From the human T2T-CHM13v2.0 reference genome, Homo sapiens: DNA of 64,000 bases. The stretch spans positions 44,864,001 through 44,928,000 of the forward strand of contig CP068257.2 of NCBI GenBank assembly GCA_009914755.4. Direction: 5' to 3'. The first letter of the stretch is position 1; each line of letters begins with the position of its first letter. A program made the position numbers and the translations under genes. The notes beneath the pieces are model-generated. The model worked only from the letters and a program-made list of their open reading frames with translations, did no database searches and was not told the DNA's origin. This document shows, piece after piece, positions 32,185 through 48,885 of this stretch.

Positions 32185-32640
32185 GTGTATTAGTCAGGGT
32201 TCTCTAGAGGGACAGAACTAATAGGATAGATGTATACATATAAAGGGAAGTTCATTAAGGCATATTGACTCACACGATCACAAGGTGAGGTCCCACAGTA
32301 AGCCATCTGCAAGCTGAGAGCAAGGAAGCCAGTCTGAGTCCCAGTGCTGAAGAACTTGGAATCCAATGTTCTAGGGCAGGAAGCATCCAGCACAGGAGAA
32401 AGGTGTAGGCTGGGAGGCTAGGCCAGTCTAGTCTTTCCACGTTCTTCTGCCTGCTTTATTCTGGCCGTGCTGGCAGCTGATTAAACTGTGCCCACCCAGA
32501 TTTAGGGTGGGTCTGCCTTTCCCAGTCCACTGACTCAAACGTTAATCTCCTTTGGCAACACCCTCACAGACACACCCAGGAAGAATACTTTGCATCCTTC
32601 AATCCCATCAAGTTGACATCAATATTAGCCATCACACAGT
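32185..32640 (+). mobile_element. MaLR LTR (MLT1-like)
   Basis: gtattagtcagggttctctagagggacagaactaatagg...cacaaggtgaggtcccacagtaagccatctgcaagctgagagcaaggaagccag...ctgcctgctttattctggccgtgctggcagctgattaaactgtgcccacccagatttagggtgggtctgcctttcccagtccactgactcaaacgttaatctcc...caagttgacatcaatattagccatcacac. Confidence 0.5.
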
Positions 32641-32670
32641 GCCTTTCAAATTCAGAGTTTATTGGTATGA

Positions 32671-33109
<439 letters not shown>

Positions 33110-33593
33110 TATAATCAAATAATCTTTTAATTCTTTTTCTTTGAACATAGTGATAGTTGTTTGGATCCCTAGGCTGAAGTGGTGGTTCTGCTTGCTTTCC
33201 TCCTGTGTGAGTGGGCCACCAGGTCCTATCTCCAGGCTGTGGATACCTGGCTGTTCACCGCTGTGGTGCCGGGGGTAGCAGAGGTGCCACAGTCCTGTCC
33301 AGAAGTTGGGAAAGTGGGAACCACTCCAAGGTCACCTTTGTCTGTGAGGTTGTGGTCACCAGGATGGTGGGTTGTTTTTAACTTTATTTCACAGCCGTCA
33401 TCATCCATGACTAAAGCTCCTTTAATCCTTTGGTTAGTTGTCGGTGACTGTGATGCAAAAATCGAAACAAATTATTGTAAGCTTTTTTATAGTTGGGATT
33501 AAAAAACAATATTATAAACTATGAATGCTTAAAAACAGAATGTGTTCGTGGTGCTCTGAATTGCTGATTTTAAAGTTTTGATTTTGCTTGTAG

Positions 33594-33791
33594 TTCAGCA
33601 ACCAGATCCAAATCAGCCAAAGCCTGAGGGAAGCGAGACGAGTGTGCTGAGAGGGGAGCCTCTCACTGCAGGTGTCCCCCGACCGCCGTCGCTGTTGGCC
33701 ACCTTGCAGCGCTGGGGCACAACACAGCCCAAATCCCCCTGTCTGACTGCCTTGGATACAACTGGGAAAGCCGTCTACACTCTCACCTATG
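33594..33791 (+). CDS. DIP2A: DIP2A coding exon (probable exon 8) encoding QQPDPNQPKPEGSETSVLRGEPLTAGVPRPPSLLATLQRWGTTQPKSPCLTALDTTGKAVYTLTY; ends with non-canonical GC donor
   Basis: attttgcttgtAG acceptor 33592-33593; only frame-preserving junction to next exon is exon end at 33791 followed by GCAAGT (GC donor, 33792-33797); the GT at 33796 would create in-frame TAA; 198 nt phase 1-1. Confidence 0.8.
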
Positions 33792-33797
33792 GCAAGT
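33792..33797 (+). promoter_or_regulatory. DIP2A: non-canonical GC 5' splice site (GCAAGT) of the intron after probable exon 8
   Basis: only junction that keeps the DIP2 reading frame (tat g|GCaagt ... ttttAG|gt aaa ctt tgg gives Y-G-K-L-W). Confidence 0.75.
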
Positions 33798-34059
33798 GTT
33801 AACAGAAAGCAGTTGTGCTTCTGGGTTAGCTGTAGAATGTCACACACATAACACAGCATAGACATACAGCTTGATAAATATTCCTGAGAAACCAGCACAG
33901 CTGGCAGATAAATAGAACATTGACCTATACCAGGTACCCATCCCACCAGAGGGGACCACTCACTGATGCATGGTGACTGCCATTGCTCTGGGTTCAAGTG
34001 TTTGGAGCGTTCTATGTATGCATTCTGAACAGTGTAGTTTAGTTTCGTCTTATTTTCAA

Positions 34060-35600
34060 CTTTGTATAAGGGGAATCATGCAGTATGTATTTCTGTGTGT
34101 TTGACATCTTTTGGTTCCATACTATGTTTTTTTTGTAACACAAATAGTAAGCATATATACAACCTGATGAATTCACAGAGTGAATATGGTCCTGTAATCA
34201 GCACTCCAAGCAGAAGTGTTGCTAGGTTCAAAGCCCCTCACACCCCTTCCACACACAAAGGGTAACTACTGTCCTGACTGCCCACACTGTTGGCTTTACC
34301 TGCCTTTAAACAAGTGTTCTTTTAGTTTATTCTCATTGATGGTATTATTTTATCGTGTGAATATACTGGAACTTACTTACACACTCTTAAGTAGATGGAC
34401 ATTTGGGTGGTTTCCACTTTGGGGCTATTGTGTATAGTGCTGTTAGGGACATGCTTATGTGAGTTTCTTGGTGAGAATATGTAGGCATTTGTGCTAGGTA
34501 TAAATGCAGAAGCAGAATTGTTCAGCATTAGGACATACTGCCAAACAGTTTTCCAAAGGCAGTGCAGCAGTTTTCACTCCCACAGGCAGTGAGTACGTGA
34601 GGGGTTCCAGTTAACTCTTTTCTCACCAGCTTTTGATATTGTTTATTTCATTATAGTCTTTGTTGTAGGTGTGTTGTAGCACAGGCTAATTTGCATTTGC
34701 CTGGTGACAAATTATGCTTTTCATATGCTTATTGGTTGTTTGAATATCCACATTTATGTACTATTCAAATATTTGGCTCATTTCTCTGTTTGCTAATGCT
34801 TTCATCTTTCTTTTTTATTTTTTTTTCTGAGAAAAGGTTTCACTCTGTCACTCAGGCTAGAGTGCAGTGGTGCAATCATAGCTCACTGCTGCCTTGACCT
34901 CCTGGGCTCGAGATGCTCCTGCCTCAGCCTCCTGAGTAGCTGGGACCATAGGCTCACATCACCACACCCAGCTAATTTAAAAAAAAAAACAAAACAAAAA
35001 AAACTTTTTTTTGTAGAAATGGGGGGTCTCCCTATGTTGCCCAGGCTGATATCGAACTCCTGGCTAAAGCAGTCCTCCCATCTTAGCCTCTCAAAGTGCT
35101 GGGATTACAAGTGTGAGCCACTGCACCTGGCCTCTTATTTCTTTGTATGTTTCAGATAGGCATCTTTCCTGAGATGCATGTTTTGCAAATGTCTCCTCAC
35201 TATTTGGATTGCCTTTTAACACTTTTAATTATGGCTTTTAATGAATGAAAAGTCTTAATGTAATCTAACTTACATGTTGTTTTTTTTTTCCTGTATTGTA
35301 GCTAAGTTTTTGTCTAATTTAGAAATTTTTTACCAAACTTAAGGTCACAAAGATATTTTCCTGCATGCTCTTCTAAAACCTTTATTGTTTTACTTTTCAC
35401 ATTTAGGTGTGATGATCCATTTAGAATTTAATTTTGTATATTGTTGGAGTAAAGTTGTATATTGTTGGTATAAAGTTGGAGTCATTTTCTTATGAGTATC
35501 TAACTGACTCAGTATCATTTATTGAAAAGGCAATCCTTTCCCCAAAGTACTGCAGTGTTACTTTGTTATATAGTGGGTGAAAAATGTACTTGCGGGTCTG
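34060..35600 (+). mobile_element. old L1 (L1M-like) 3' end, interrupted by Alu 34811-35132
   Basis: ..gaatcatgcagtatgtatttctgtgtgtttgac...ttgtttatttcattatagtctttgttgtaggtgtg.. | ..ctaacttacatgttg...aaacttaaggtcacaaagatattttcctgcatgctcttctaaaacctttattgttttacttttcacatttaggtgtgatgatccatttagaatttaattttgtatat.. Confidence 0.55.
34811..35132 (-). mobile_element. Alu nested in L1
   Basis: ttttttattttttttctgagaaaaggtttcactctgtcactcaggctagagtgcagtggtgc...gtgtgagccactgcacctggcc. Confidence 0.9.
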
Positions 35601-35845
35601 TTTCTGGGCTCCTGTTGGCGGGGGGTGTTGTCAGTCTGTTGTCTCTCCATGCTCTGAATCACTGTAGCATTAGGAGTCCTCTTGCTCTGTGATGGTTCCT
35701 CAAGATTGCCTTGACTCTTCTTGGCTCTTTGTATTTCCAAGTAAACTTTAGAATTAACTTGTCAATTTCCATAAAAATTACTACTGGGATATTGATTGGC
35801 ATTGCATTGAATCTCTAGTTCAATTTGAATAGAACTAATGTTTTA

Positions 35846-36098
35846 TAGGTTGAGAGCATCCCAAATATGAAAATCCAAAATCCAAAATGCTCTAAAATCT
35901 GAAACTGCTTGAAGCTGACATGATGCTCAAAGAAAATGCTCATTGGAGCATTTTGGATTTCTGATTTTTGGACTTGTGATGCGATGCTCAACTGGGAAAT
36001 AAATATAATGCAAATATGCCAAAATCTAAAAAAAAATTGAAATCCCAAACACTTCTAATCTCAAGCATTTCGGATAAGGGATACTCAACCTGTATTAC
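35846..36098. mobile_element. MER53-like nonautonomous DNA transposon with terminal inverted repeats
   Basis: tataggttgagagcatccc ... ccaaaatccaaaatgctc / gagcattttggatttctgatttttgg palindrome ... tcccaaacacttctaatctcaagcatttcggataagggatactcaacctgta. Confidence 0.55.
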
Positions 36099-36327
36099 AA
36101 TTATGTAATCTTCCAGTTTATGATTGTGGAATATTTTCCCCTTTTTAAAGGCCTGCTTCAATTTCTGTCAGTAATGTTTTTATACTTTGGAATACAGAAG
36201 TCTTGAGCACCTTTTATTAGATTTATTCCTGTTACAAGTGCTGTAATTTGTAATTTTCTCTACTGATTTGTTGCTTATATATAGAATTGCAATCTATATT
36301 ATTATTATTTTAAAATGATGACTTTGT

Positions 36328-36654
<327 letters not shown>

Positions 36655-37664
36655 TTAACTTATTAGTTCTTTGTTTACTCATAATTAGAAGTTTGTCTAT
36701 ATATCTTTTGTATTACCTGTCTACAAAAATCACATTATTGGTGAATAATGATAGTGTTATTTTGTCCTTTCCAATACTTATACTTTTATTCTTTTTTTTT
36801 TTTTTTTTTTTTTTGGTTTTTTTTTTTGCACAAGCTAGAACCTCCAGTACAGTGTGAAATAGAACAATGTTGAAGAGTGGGCATTCTTGCCTGTTTTTCC
36901 ATCTGAGGAAAAGCCTGTGGTAATTAAGTATGATGTGTTCTGTAGTTTTGTTTGCTTGTTTGTTGGTAGAAACTGTCAGATTAAGAACGTTCCCTTCTCC
37001 TTGTTTGTTAAAAGTTGTTATCATGAGTTGGGATTGAATTTTGTCAAATGCTTTTTCTGCTGCTAGAAAGAAGATCATATGATTTTCCTCCTTCATTAAT
37101 TTGGTGAATTATTTTGATTAATTTTCTAATGTAAAGCAGCCGTTCATTTGTAGAATAAATCCCACTTGGCCATAATATCTTACCCTTTTAAATATACACC
37201 CAGATTTAATTTGCCAATAAGTTGTTTAGGATTTTTACGTCTGTTTTCATTAGAAAAATTGATCTGTAATTCTTTAAGAAAGGAGCCCATTGCCAGCCTT
37301 TGATGAGTATGCCTAGCTCACAGCCTCAACTGTTAAACCAGCGTTCAAATCTAGGTCATGCTATTGGCAGAGCAGTCCCTGGCCAATGGCCAAGTAAGGC
37401 AGTGGGACAAGGGCCTAGTTTCTGTTAGCATGGACTTTCCTTAAAAACAGCATTGGGCTTGTGGAGACTGTCAGTTCTACATTGTGGCTTGACAGCTCCT
37501 CCTGCCCAATCTTGCTACCTGTCTTTTCCTGTCACAGATTTTTATTCTTTAGTAATCCTTTTGCATGCCTGAGCCTTTCTCAGCGTCTGCTTTGTGAAGA
37601 ACCCAGCCTGTGACACACTTCCTCTTTTTTTTTTTTTATATATTCTCCTTGGCTTGCAGTTTAA

Positions 37665-38007
<343 letters not shown>

Positions 38008-38009
38008 CA

Positions 38010-38658
38010 TTGTTTTTTGTTTGTTTGTTGTTTTAATCAACCATACATTTTTATTCTTTCTTTTACTATATACATTCCTTCCTGAGATTCTGTATTTTCC
38101 TGGGTAATCATTTCCTTCTGGCCTGTAGAACTTCCTGTATGTTCGTTATACTGTAGCTTTGCTGGCAACTTCATTTTTGAAGGTTATATTTCGTGGTGGT
38201 TTATCTTCTTTCAGCAATGCAAAGATATTGTTTATAGGCTTTTGAGAAGATGCCAGACCATTGTTGCTCTATTGACAGTAATGTGTATGGCCGCTTAAAA
38301 AGTGTTCTTTTTATTTGAATTGCAGCCGTCTTACTATGACATTTAGAGGTGATGTTCTTTGAAAATTTCCTGTGATGTTCTTTGAAATTTTCAAGATGTC
38401 CACAGGGCTTCTTGAATCTGTAGAATGGTGTCTTTCATCTGTTTGAGAAAAATTACAGCCATCTTCTCTTACTATATTGCTTCTTCCTCACTTTTTTTCT
38501 TCTCTCCTTCTGGGACTCCAGTTACACTTATACTTTTTCCCTGAGTCCTACATGTTTAATGTTCTTTTTTATATTTTGCATTCTTTCTTATATATACTTC
38601 AATTTGTATATTTTCTATTTTCCTTTATTCAAATTGTTTAATCTTGTCTTCTGAAATT

Positions 38659-38693
<35 letters not shown>

Positions 38694-39237
38694 AGATGGA
38701 GTCTGGCTCTGTCGCCCAGGCTGGAGTGCAAGTGGTGCGATGTCAGCTCACTGCAAGCTCCGCCTCCCGGGTTCACGCCATTTTCCTGCCTCAGCCTCCT
38801 GAATAGCTGGGACTATAGGCGCCTGCCACCGCACCCAGCTAATTTTTTTGTGTTTTTAGTAGAGACAGGGTTTCACTGTGTTAGCCAGGATGGTCTCGAT
38901 CTCCTGACCTCATGATCCGCCTGCCTCGGCCTCCCAAAGTGCTGGGATTACAGCCGTGAGCCACCGCTCTTGGCCCTGAAATTTCTAATCTGCTGTGAAA
39001 TCCTGATGAGTTCCTTATTTTAGATATTGCCTTTTCAGTTTAGAATTTTCATTTCTCTATTATAGTTACTATTCTAATACTCTGGAAAAATTTCTCATTA
39101 TTCCATACACTTTCCTAATCTTTGCTTCTGCTGCCTTGAATACACACATCAATTATTGTAAATGAAAGTCTTTGTTAGCTAACACCAATATCTGTATCAC
39201 CTTTGGGTCTGTTGCTCTTGTCTGTGTTTTCTCTCTC
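38010..39237 (-). mobile_element. old L1 fragment (ORF1/ORF2 junction region, antisense) interrupted by Alu 38661-38975
   Basis: ..gaatctgtagaatggtgtctttcatctgtttgagaaaaattacagccatcttctcttactatattgcttcttcctcac...ccttctgggactccagttacacttatactttttccctgag.. resembles L1 antisense strand. Confidence 0.5.
38661..38975 (-). mobile_element. Alu (33-nt poly-T) with TSD ctgaaatttct
   Basis: t33 gagatggagtctggctctgtcgcccaggctggagtgcaagtggtgcgatgtcagctcactgcaagctccgcctcccgggttcacgcc...; TSD 38650-38660 and 38976-38986. Confidence 0.95.
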
Positions 39238-39560
39238 TTTTTTTTTTTTTTTTTTTTTTTTTTTGAGACAGAGTCTTGCTCTGTTGCCCACACTGGAGTG
39301 CAGTGGTGATCACAACTCACTGCAGCCTTGACTTCTTGGGCTCAAGAGGTCCTCCCACCACAGCCTCCTGAGTAGCTGGGACTACAGGTGCACAGCACTA
39401 CGCCCAGCTAATTTTTTCTTTCTTTCTTATTTTCTTTTTTTTATAGAGATGGGGTTTCACTGTGTTGTCCAGGCTGGTCTTGAACTCCTGGGCTCAAGTG
39501 ACCTGCCTGCCTCAGCCTCCCAAAGTGCTGGATTACAGGCGTGAGCCACCATGCCTGGCC
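39238..39560 (-). mobile_element. Alu (29-nt poly-T; expanded T/C-rich middle linker)
   Basis: t29 gagacagagtcttgctctgttgcccacactggagtgcagtggtg...ggcgtgagccaccatgcctggcc. Confidence 0.9.
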
Positions 39561-40289
39561 TTTTTGATTGAATATTGTATGTTGTGTATAAAAACATTAT
39601 GGCAGGTCCAGACAATGTCATCTTCCTTAAGAGAAACCTCTTTCCCCTCCAAGTAGAGTAGTGGCTGGCTGGTCGCTGCAGTCCAGTCATGCCTGGCCCA
39701 GCCGGCCTTTGCTCTCCTCTGGCTCTCCTGGGCTTTCTGCCAGTGCCTGGTGTGTCCATGTGTCTCTTTCCTCTGATGGCTTCCCAGCCGTGGCGTTGGT
39801 CTCCTCGTGGCTTCTTAACAACCCCATTCTGCTTTTCAGAGGTTTTCCACATGGGCTCTTGGTCTCCTGCTGCACACAGCCAGAGGATTCAGCACATGTC
39901 CTGCAGGAGGTGGCTGTGCTCTCGAGACTCCTAGCCTCTACCAAAAGCTCTGCAGGTTTCTTCATGTCCTGGTGGGACTGCTCCAGGTGGATACTCAGCC
40001 CCCCGTGGGGGCTGGAATCCCTGAACATGGACAGCGTAAAGACAGCTGCAGCTCAGCTCACTTTCCGGAGGGTTTTCCCTCTCTGGAATCTTAACTCCTC
40101 TAGTTGTCTTTGCTGAGCAGCAACTTGCTGCCTCCAAAAGATCATTTCTGCATTTTATTCAGTTTTTAAACTCATCTTAGGCAGGAGTGCTGGTCTGCCA
40201 CCAGTACCCTCTCCTACTCGGAAGCAGAGTCTTCCACCATGGTGCTTTTAAAATTCATCCATGTTATTGCGGGTAGTTGTAATTCATTT

Positions 40290-41071
<782 letters not shown>

Positions 41072-42032
41072 TTATTAAGAAAGCAAAGGAATAAAAGAAT
41101 GGCTACTCCATAGGCAGACCAGCAGCTTGGGCTGCTGGACTAAGAATACTTAGAGTTATTTCTTGACTATATGCTAAACAAGGGGTGGATTATTCATAAA
41201 TTTTCTGGGAAAGGGGTGGGCAGTTTCTGGAACTGAAGGTTCCTCCCATTTTAGACCATCTAGGATAACTTCCTGACGTTGCCATGGCTGCTGTAAACTG
41301 TCATGGCACTGGTGGGAGTGTCTTTTAGCATGCCAATCATTGTAAGTAGTATATAATGAGCAGTGAGTTCAACCAGAGGTCACTTACATTGCCATCTTCA
41401 TTTGCGGGGACTTGGCCAGCTTCTTCACCACACATGCTGTTTTATCAGTAAGGTCTTTATGACCTGTATCTTGTGCCGACCTCCTATCTCATCCTGTGAC
41501 TTAGAATGCCTAACTTCTGGGGGTGCAGCCCAGCAGATCTCAGCCTTATTTTACCTAGCCCCTATTCAAGATGGAGTTGCTCTGGTTTAAACGCCTCTGA
41601 CATATTTCCCCTCTCTGTTTTATGAGAGAAGCCTTAATTCTAAAGGTTGTAGAGGGACAAAGATTCATCTTCTATAACTTCTTCAGGCTGAACAGGAGTG
41701 ATGACATTCCTGCCTAACTATTAGGGTCTTTTATATTTGAGAAAGAAAGGAGCTAAGTCAGAAAGCATCAGTATGGTGAGGGCCATTCATAACGCCAAGA
41801 AAATTTGGTATCTGGAAGATTAATAAGTGTTCAGTTTAAGAAAACATTGAGTAAGCTTATCCTGCATTCCTACACAGAGTACAACAGCAATATATTCCAC
41901 AACAGTAAAACAAAATAAGTAAAATTATCCCAAGTAAATTAAATAGGGATTTTCATGAACTGGGTAACTGTTGGAACTAAGATGATATGGGATTGCTAGC
42001 TGATTCCAGTGTGCCCAGAATTAGAATATTGA

Positions 42033-42357
<325 letters not shown>

Positions 42358-42496
42358 TGATCCAGATTTTTACATTACCCATCTCTCTTGTTTCTCTCTA
42401 CTTTACTCAATTGTTAAAAGCTGTAAATAGCTCAAAAGAGAAGTTTTCTTGGCTCTGAAAAACAAAACAAAGAATCAGCAACAATTTAAGCAAAAA

Positions 42497-42614
42497 GTCA
42501 AAACAAGTTACTTCTGTTTTCTACTGGTTCTATTAGTCCTATTAGTTCAGCTCATGTCAAAACAAGTTACTTCTGTCTTCTATTAGTTCTGTTAGTCCTA
42601 TTAGTTCAGCTCAT
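42497..42614. repeat. tandem duplication of a 59-bp unit (2 copies, ~90% identical)
   Basis: tcaaaacaagttacttctgt[t/c]ttct..ttagtcctattagttcagctcatg repeated head-to-tail. Confidence 0.85.
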
Positions 42615-43339
42615 GCAGTTAACTCCTGTTCGATATTCATGAACATTTTGGCTCTCCATGAGAGTCCTGAAAGTTTTTCCTCTATTCGAATGTCACAACC
42701 TCCAAAGTTATCAGAAACCTGCATTCAAAAACACCTGTTAGAGTTCTCTAGTTGATTATAAAACCACCTTCTAAAGAGGACCCAAACAAGACAACAATTT
42801 TGTATGGATGACAGAATGCCTTAGGGCAGCCTCTACAAAAGCCACAATTGACTAGGAATTTTGATTACTTCTGTGACATGGAACAATTTAACATACCAAT
42901 TATATTAATAACATGTACTGTCATATCAGAGTTATAGAAGTTTCACACGATTTTGGAACACAAACCAATAACATATTTATACAAATATAGCCCAAAGAAA
43001 GCCAAGCATCATTTCATATCTGACAGTGCTTGCTGTGTGATTTTTATACCAAATAAGCTGAATATGTCATTTTTTGGACTTGAGAGGACCTAATATCTAA
43101 AAGATTAATTAGGTCAGGAAAAGGCAGAATTTAGAGTATGATGTTGGAAAGTTTGTCAAATATTAAAGGTTTAAACGCTTGATATTACAAAATAGAATCC
43201 CAGGTCACCATAAGTCATTCATTTACCCAAAATGATAACTCAAAAATTTTTAAAAGGCAAAATCCTTTACTCATTAATAGAAGGAAAACTTAGCTTTCCA
43301 AATAATCTGTCTCCTTTCTTTCCCTTCTTTTTCCTATAG

Positions 43340-43672
<333 letters not shown>

Positions 43673-45104
43673 ATCTTTCATTATTTTTTTTAATATAAAA
43701 ATCCTGCTCAAGGGAGAAAGCAAAATTTCACCATTGCATTAGCGCATTATTGATGTCAAACCCAATTCTTAATAAAACCTTGTAGACAAATCTATTCAAC
43801 CATAAGGTAAGATTCTCATAAACCTTTTATAACCCTTTACACTTTTTGTTAAAGAGCAGATTCATGCTCCAAGAAAACTGTTGTGCTTTTATTCCAGTAT
43901 TCAATTTATGGAAAAACTGAATAATACCCCTTTAACTTTAGGCCAGTGTGTTCACACACAATTTCTTTTACAAGATTAATTTTTCACAAACCTTCCACAA
44001 CTTGCTCAAACCTTCAGCATTATTCTATCCAACTGAAAATAATCCTTTAACCCTTTAATCTAGGCAAAAAAAAATCCACATTCCCATGACTTCTTACAAT
44101 CTTTTTACCAAAAACACATTTCACTTTCCGTGCACATTTCACACCTTGCAGGTAGAACTGCTTTTCCCATAGTCCCATAGTCTCAAGTACATGTTACATT
44201 GTTAACCGAAGAAGCAGTTTATGACCGTAAAGCATTTAGCAAACCTAATATCTGACCTGTCTAATTTAGACCAAATGCCTAAATTTTTGAAGATATTTTT
44301 ATTTTACCAATAGTCTTTAAAACTGTCTTTATTTCCCAAAGGTTACTTAAGTCACATGAACTAAAAGGCATTACAGTTTTAATTTTTCTGACAAGATATT
44401 TGGTTTAAGGTCTTAGTATTTTTAAACCAATTAATCAAAGCTCTTTCATATATAAACATCACACACATAACATGTAAATAGACAGAAGATCCAGGAGACG
44501 TAAGATTTTCCATTTTCCAGTTTCTAAGTTTCTTAACTGGATTACTGGCTTCAGGGTGGAGCTCTTTGCTAAACAGGGCTAGGGAAACATGCAGTTTCTG
44601 GAGCCTAATAAGCAGCTGGAAGGCAAAGCAGATTCCAAAAATCAAAGTTCTCATTTCTATACCAGATACTGGATCCTCAAAAAGGGAATCAGCCCATCCC
44701 CCATGGGAGTGTTATCTCTCAGTGGGGCTTGGGGGACATTTCCATACCTTCTAGGTGGCCAAGAGCATGCTTCTCTGATCCAAACATGCAGAGAGGTGTG
44801 TATTCCCCTACAACTGCCATTAGCTACCCCCAAAGTATATTTCCTCCCTAGTTCTTACACCAGAGCTTTCTCGTCATGTGAAATCAAAACCGTCAGATAA
44901 CACAGTGCTGCAAAACAGAGCAGAGCCTTAGATTTTGAGATTTTAAATTTTAAATTCCTGGGGTTTCATGAGGAAAACAGAGGTTCTTCCCAAAATGGGG
45001 TCTGTGGCTCCTCCTCTGTTTCCCCCAAAGAGTCCCAGGCTGTTAGACCTTGAATATCTGCTTTTAAGGTGACTTTTAACCATAGTGCTCTTTTATTTTT
45101 TTAA

Positions 45105-45410
<306 letters not shown>

Positions 45411-45411
45411 T

Positions 45412-45727
45412 TCTTATTTATTTATTTATTTATTTTTTGAGATGGAGTCTGGCTCTGTCGCCCAGGCTGGAGTGCAGTGGCGTGATCTTGGCTCACTGCA
45501 ACCTCCGCCTCCCAGGTTCAAGCAGTTCTCCTGCCTCAACCTCCTGAGTAGCTAGGATTACAGGCGTGCGCCTGGCTAATTTTTTTTTTTTTTTTTTTTT
45601 TGTATTTTTAGTAGAGACGGGGTTTCACCATGTTGGCCAGGCTGGTCTTGAACCCCTGATCTTGTGATCCACCCGCCTCAGCCTCCCAAAGTGCTGGGAT
45701 TACAGGTATGAGCCACTGCACCTGGCC
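45412..45727 (-). mobile_element. Alu with (TTTA)n tail; outer TSD ccatagtgct at 45080-45089 and 45728-45737
   Basis: ttatttatttatttatttattttttgagatggagtctggctctgtcgcccaggctggagtgcagtggcgtg...ggtatgagccactgcacctggcc. Confidence 0.9.
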
Positions 45728-47080
45728 CATAGTGCTTTTTTTTTAAATTCCTTTTAAATCTCTTATTACCCAACTTCAGCCAGGCCTTACGGCCAATATT
45801 TCTGACTTTGGAACTTTACCAAAGGTAACCTCCCAGGTGAAAACAATAAACTTTAGCCAATAAGCTACAGTATTGGGCACTTGGACTATTCCCAGAAGAA
45901 GTCTAGAGCATCCAATTCTGAGCTTGCAAAGGCTTTTAACTGCTCGAGATAACCTTTAGAGCTAACTATGATATGAACCCTCAAATTCCTGTTCACTCGG
46001 TGGAAACCAAGAGAAAGTACCTCCGCGTGGTTACAAGTCAACTCCCAAGGACATTTTTCAACATGTGGTCTCTGGGCAAGATGAAGGAGCAGTTGCCCTG
46101 AGTAACAGAAAAGATGGAAAAGAGAAAGGGAGAAAAGCATTGCCTATGGCAGTATGGGGAAGGTGAGGAGCTCAGGGAGGCCGGAGAAAGACCCAGCCAT
46201 TGCGGCGACGCTGAATCAAAAGTTCAGGCAGCCGCTTGTCAGTAATGAAGGGATCTTTTCCAGCTGTCCCGTCAGCTCTGGAGTTTCCCCTTTTGGGGAG
46301 AAAAAATGCTCCCATGTTCCATGATCCTGTACATGCCTAACCTTGTCACCCAAAGCCGTCAGCAAAGAGTGCAAGGCAGATGAATCCAGAGAGAATAGTG
46401 GTTAACATTCTGTAGTGCCAGATCCATTCTTGGCCACGAGGGACTTTACTGAAGGGGGACCCTCTAACCCCTTATATCTTAGGAAGGTCTCTAACCTTCC
46501 CAAGTTGGGCCTCGAACCCAGGTTTGTTCAAGTGCCCTTGCCTTTTATTAAGAGGGGCCTTTAACCCACTCTGTCTTAGGAGAAACTCTGACTCCCCTAA
46601 GTTGGGACTCTAACCCAGTTCCATCCTTTACCCTGGTAAATGCACCCCACTTACCCAAAGTCGGCCAATTGGTGCTGTGGTCTTATCTCCTTTGGGTCGG
46701 GGGTCTCCTCAGTATTGTCCCTTTGGAATTCACCGGGAAGATGTTCCCAGAAAGGGATCCTATTCCAGACCCCAAGAGAGGCTCCTTGGACCTTGTGCAA
46801 GAAAGAATTCAGGGCAAGTCAGTGTAGTAAAGTGAAAGCAAGTTTATTAAGAAAGCAAAGGAGTAAAAGAATGGCTACTCCCTAGGCAGAGCAGCTGCAC
46901 CTTTTCTAATACAGGATCATTTATAGGAATTTTTTATATTATATTCTGGATCCCAGCCCTGTGTCAGTAATACCTTGCGAGAGTTCTCTCCCTCTTTGTG
47001 GCTGGCTTTCCACTAATGGTAGCTTAGTGAACAGAAGTTCTATCAATCACCTTCTTTTCTTTTATGATTTTTGCTTTTTG

Positions 47081-47406
<326 letters not shown>

Positions 47407-48034
47407 TAAGTACTGTTTCCCTTGGCTGAGATCAAAACATTATTCCATTAATTTGGGAAAATGCTGTTGTTTTACTGTTCACATTTAGGTCTGCCATTCA
47501 CCTGGAATGTGTTTTTGTGAATGGTGTGGGACTGGGTTCCCGGGTTCGTTTCTAAAGAAAGATAACCTACTGTCCCGTTCTTGTCTAAGGAGGAGACAGC
47601 CCTTGCCCCACTCTTCTGTGGTGGCACGTGGGTCATCAGTTGAGTTGTCCACACATGGGTGGATCTGTTTTGCTGTTCTCTGTTTTATTTCACTGATTTA
47701 TTTTCTATCTTTGTGCCTATACCACACTGTCTTAATTGCCATAGTTTTATAATAAGTCTTGACATCTGTAGAGAAAGCCTGCCATCTTGTTTTCTTCTTC
47801 AAAAGTATCTTACATGCTCACTTTGGCAGCACATACACTAAAACTGGAATGATGTAGAGAAGATGAGCATGGTACCTGTGCAAGGATGACACACTTTTGT
47901 GAAATGTTCCATATTTAAAAAACTGAAAAAAAGAGTGTCTTAGCAATTCTTACCCTGTGCATTTCTGGATCCACTTTAGAATGAGCTTATCAGGTGTCAC
48001 AGTATACCTACTGAGATTATTAGCATTACTTTGA

Positions 48035-48400
<366 letters not shown>

Positions 48401-48534
48401 ACCTTTGCATTATTGAGTCTTCCAGCCCTTGGACATCTGTCCCTCCATTCAAATATTTTTTACTTTATCTCAGTAATGTATGGTTTTCTGTGGGGAGATT
48501 TTGCATATTTCTTGTGACAGTCTCAAGTACTTAG

Positions 48535-48885
<351 letters not shown>

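Noticed and set aside
33794-33797. Canonical GT donor one codon downstream of the GC donor (ggcaaGTgtta)
   Set aside because: Using it joins to exon 9 as TAT GGC AAG TAA, an in-frame stop. It also breaks the conserved TLTYGKLWSRS motif, so the GC donor at 33792 is preferred.
36713-37096. 127-aa minus-strand ORF with reverse-transcriptase-like motifs
   Set aside because: A decayed L1 ORF2 remnant, truncated and interrupted by Alu and MER53. It is not an intact RT.
39661-40137. Overlapping 151-aa (+) and 113-aa / 68-aa (-) ORFs in a GC-rich unique intronic segment
   Set aside because: Mutually overlapping ORFs on both strands with no recognisable domain and no start context. This is typical chance ORFs in a GC-rich chr21q22 intron. 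Cannot be supported as a gene from sequence alone.
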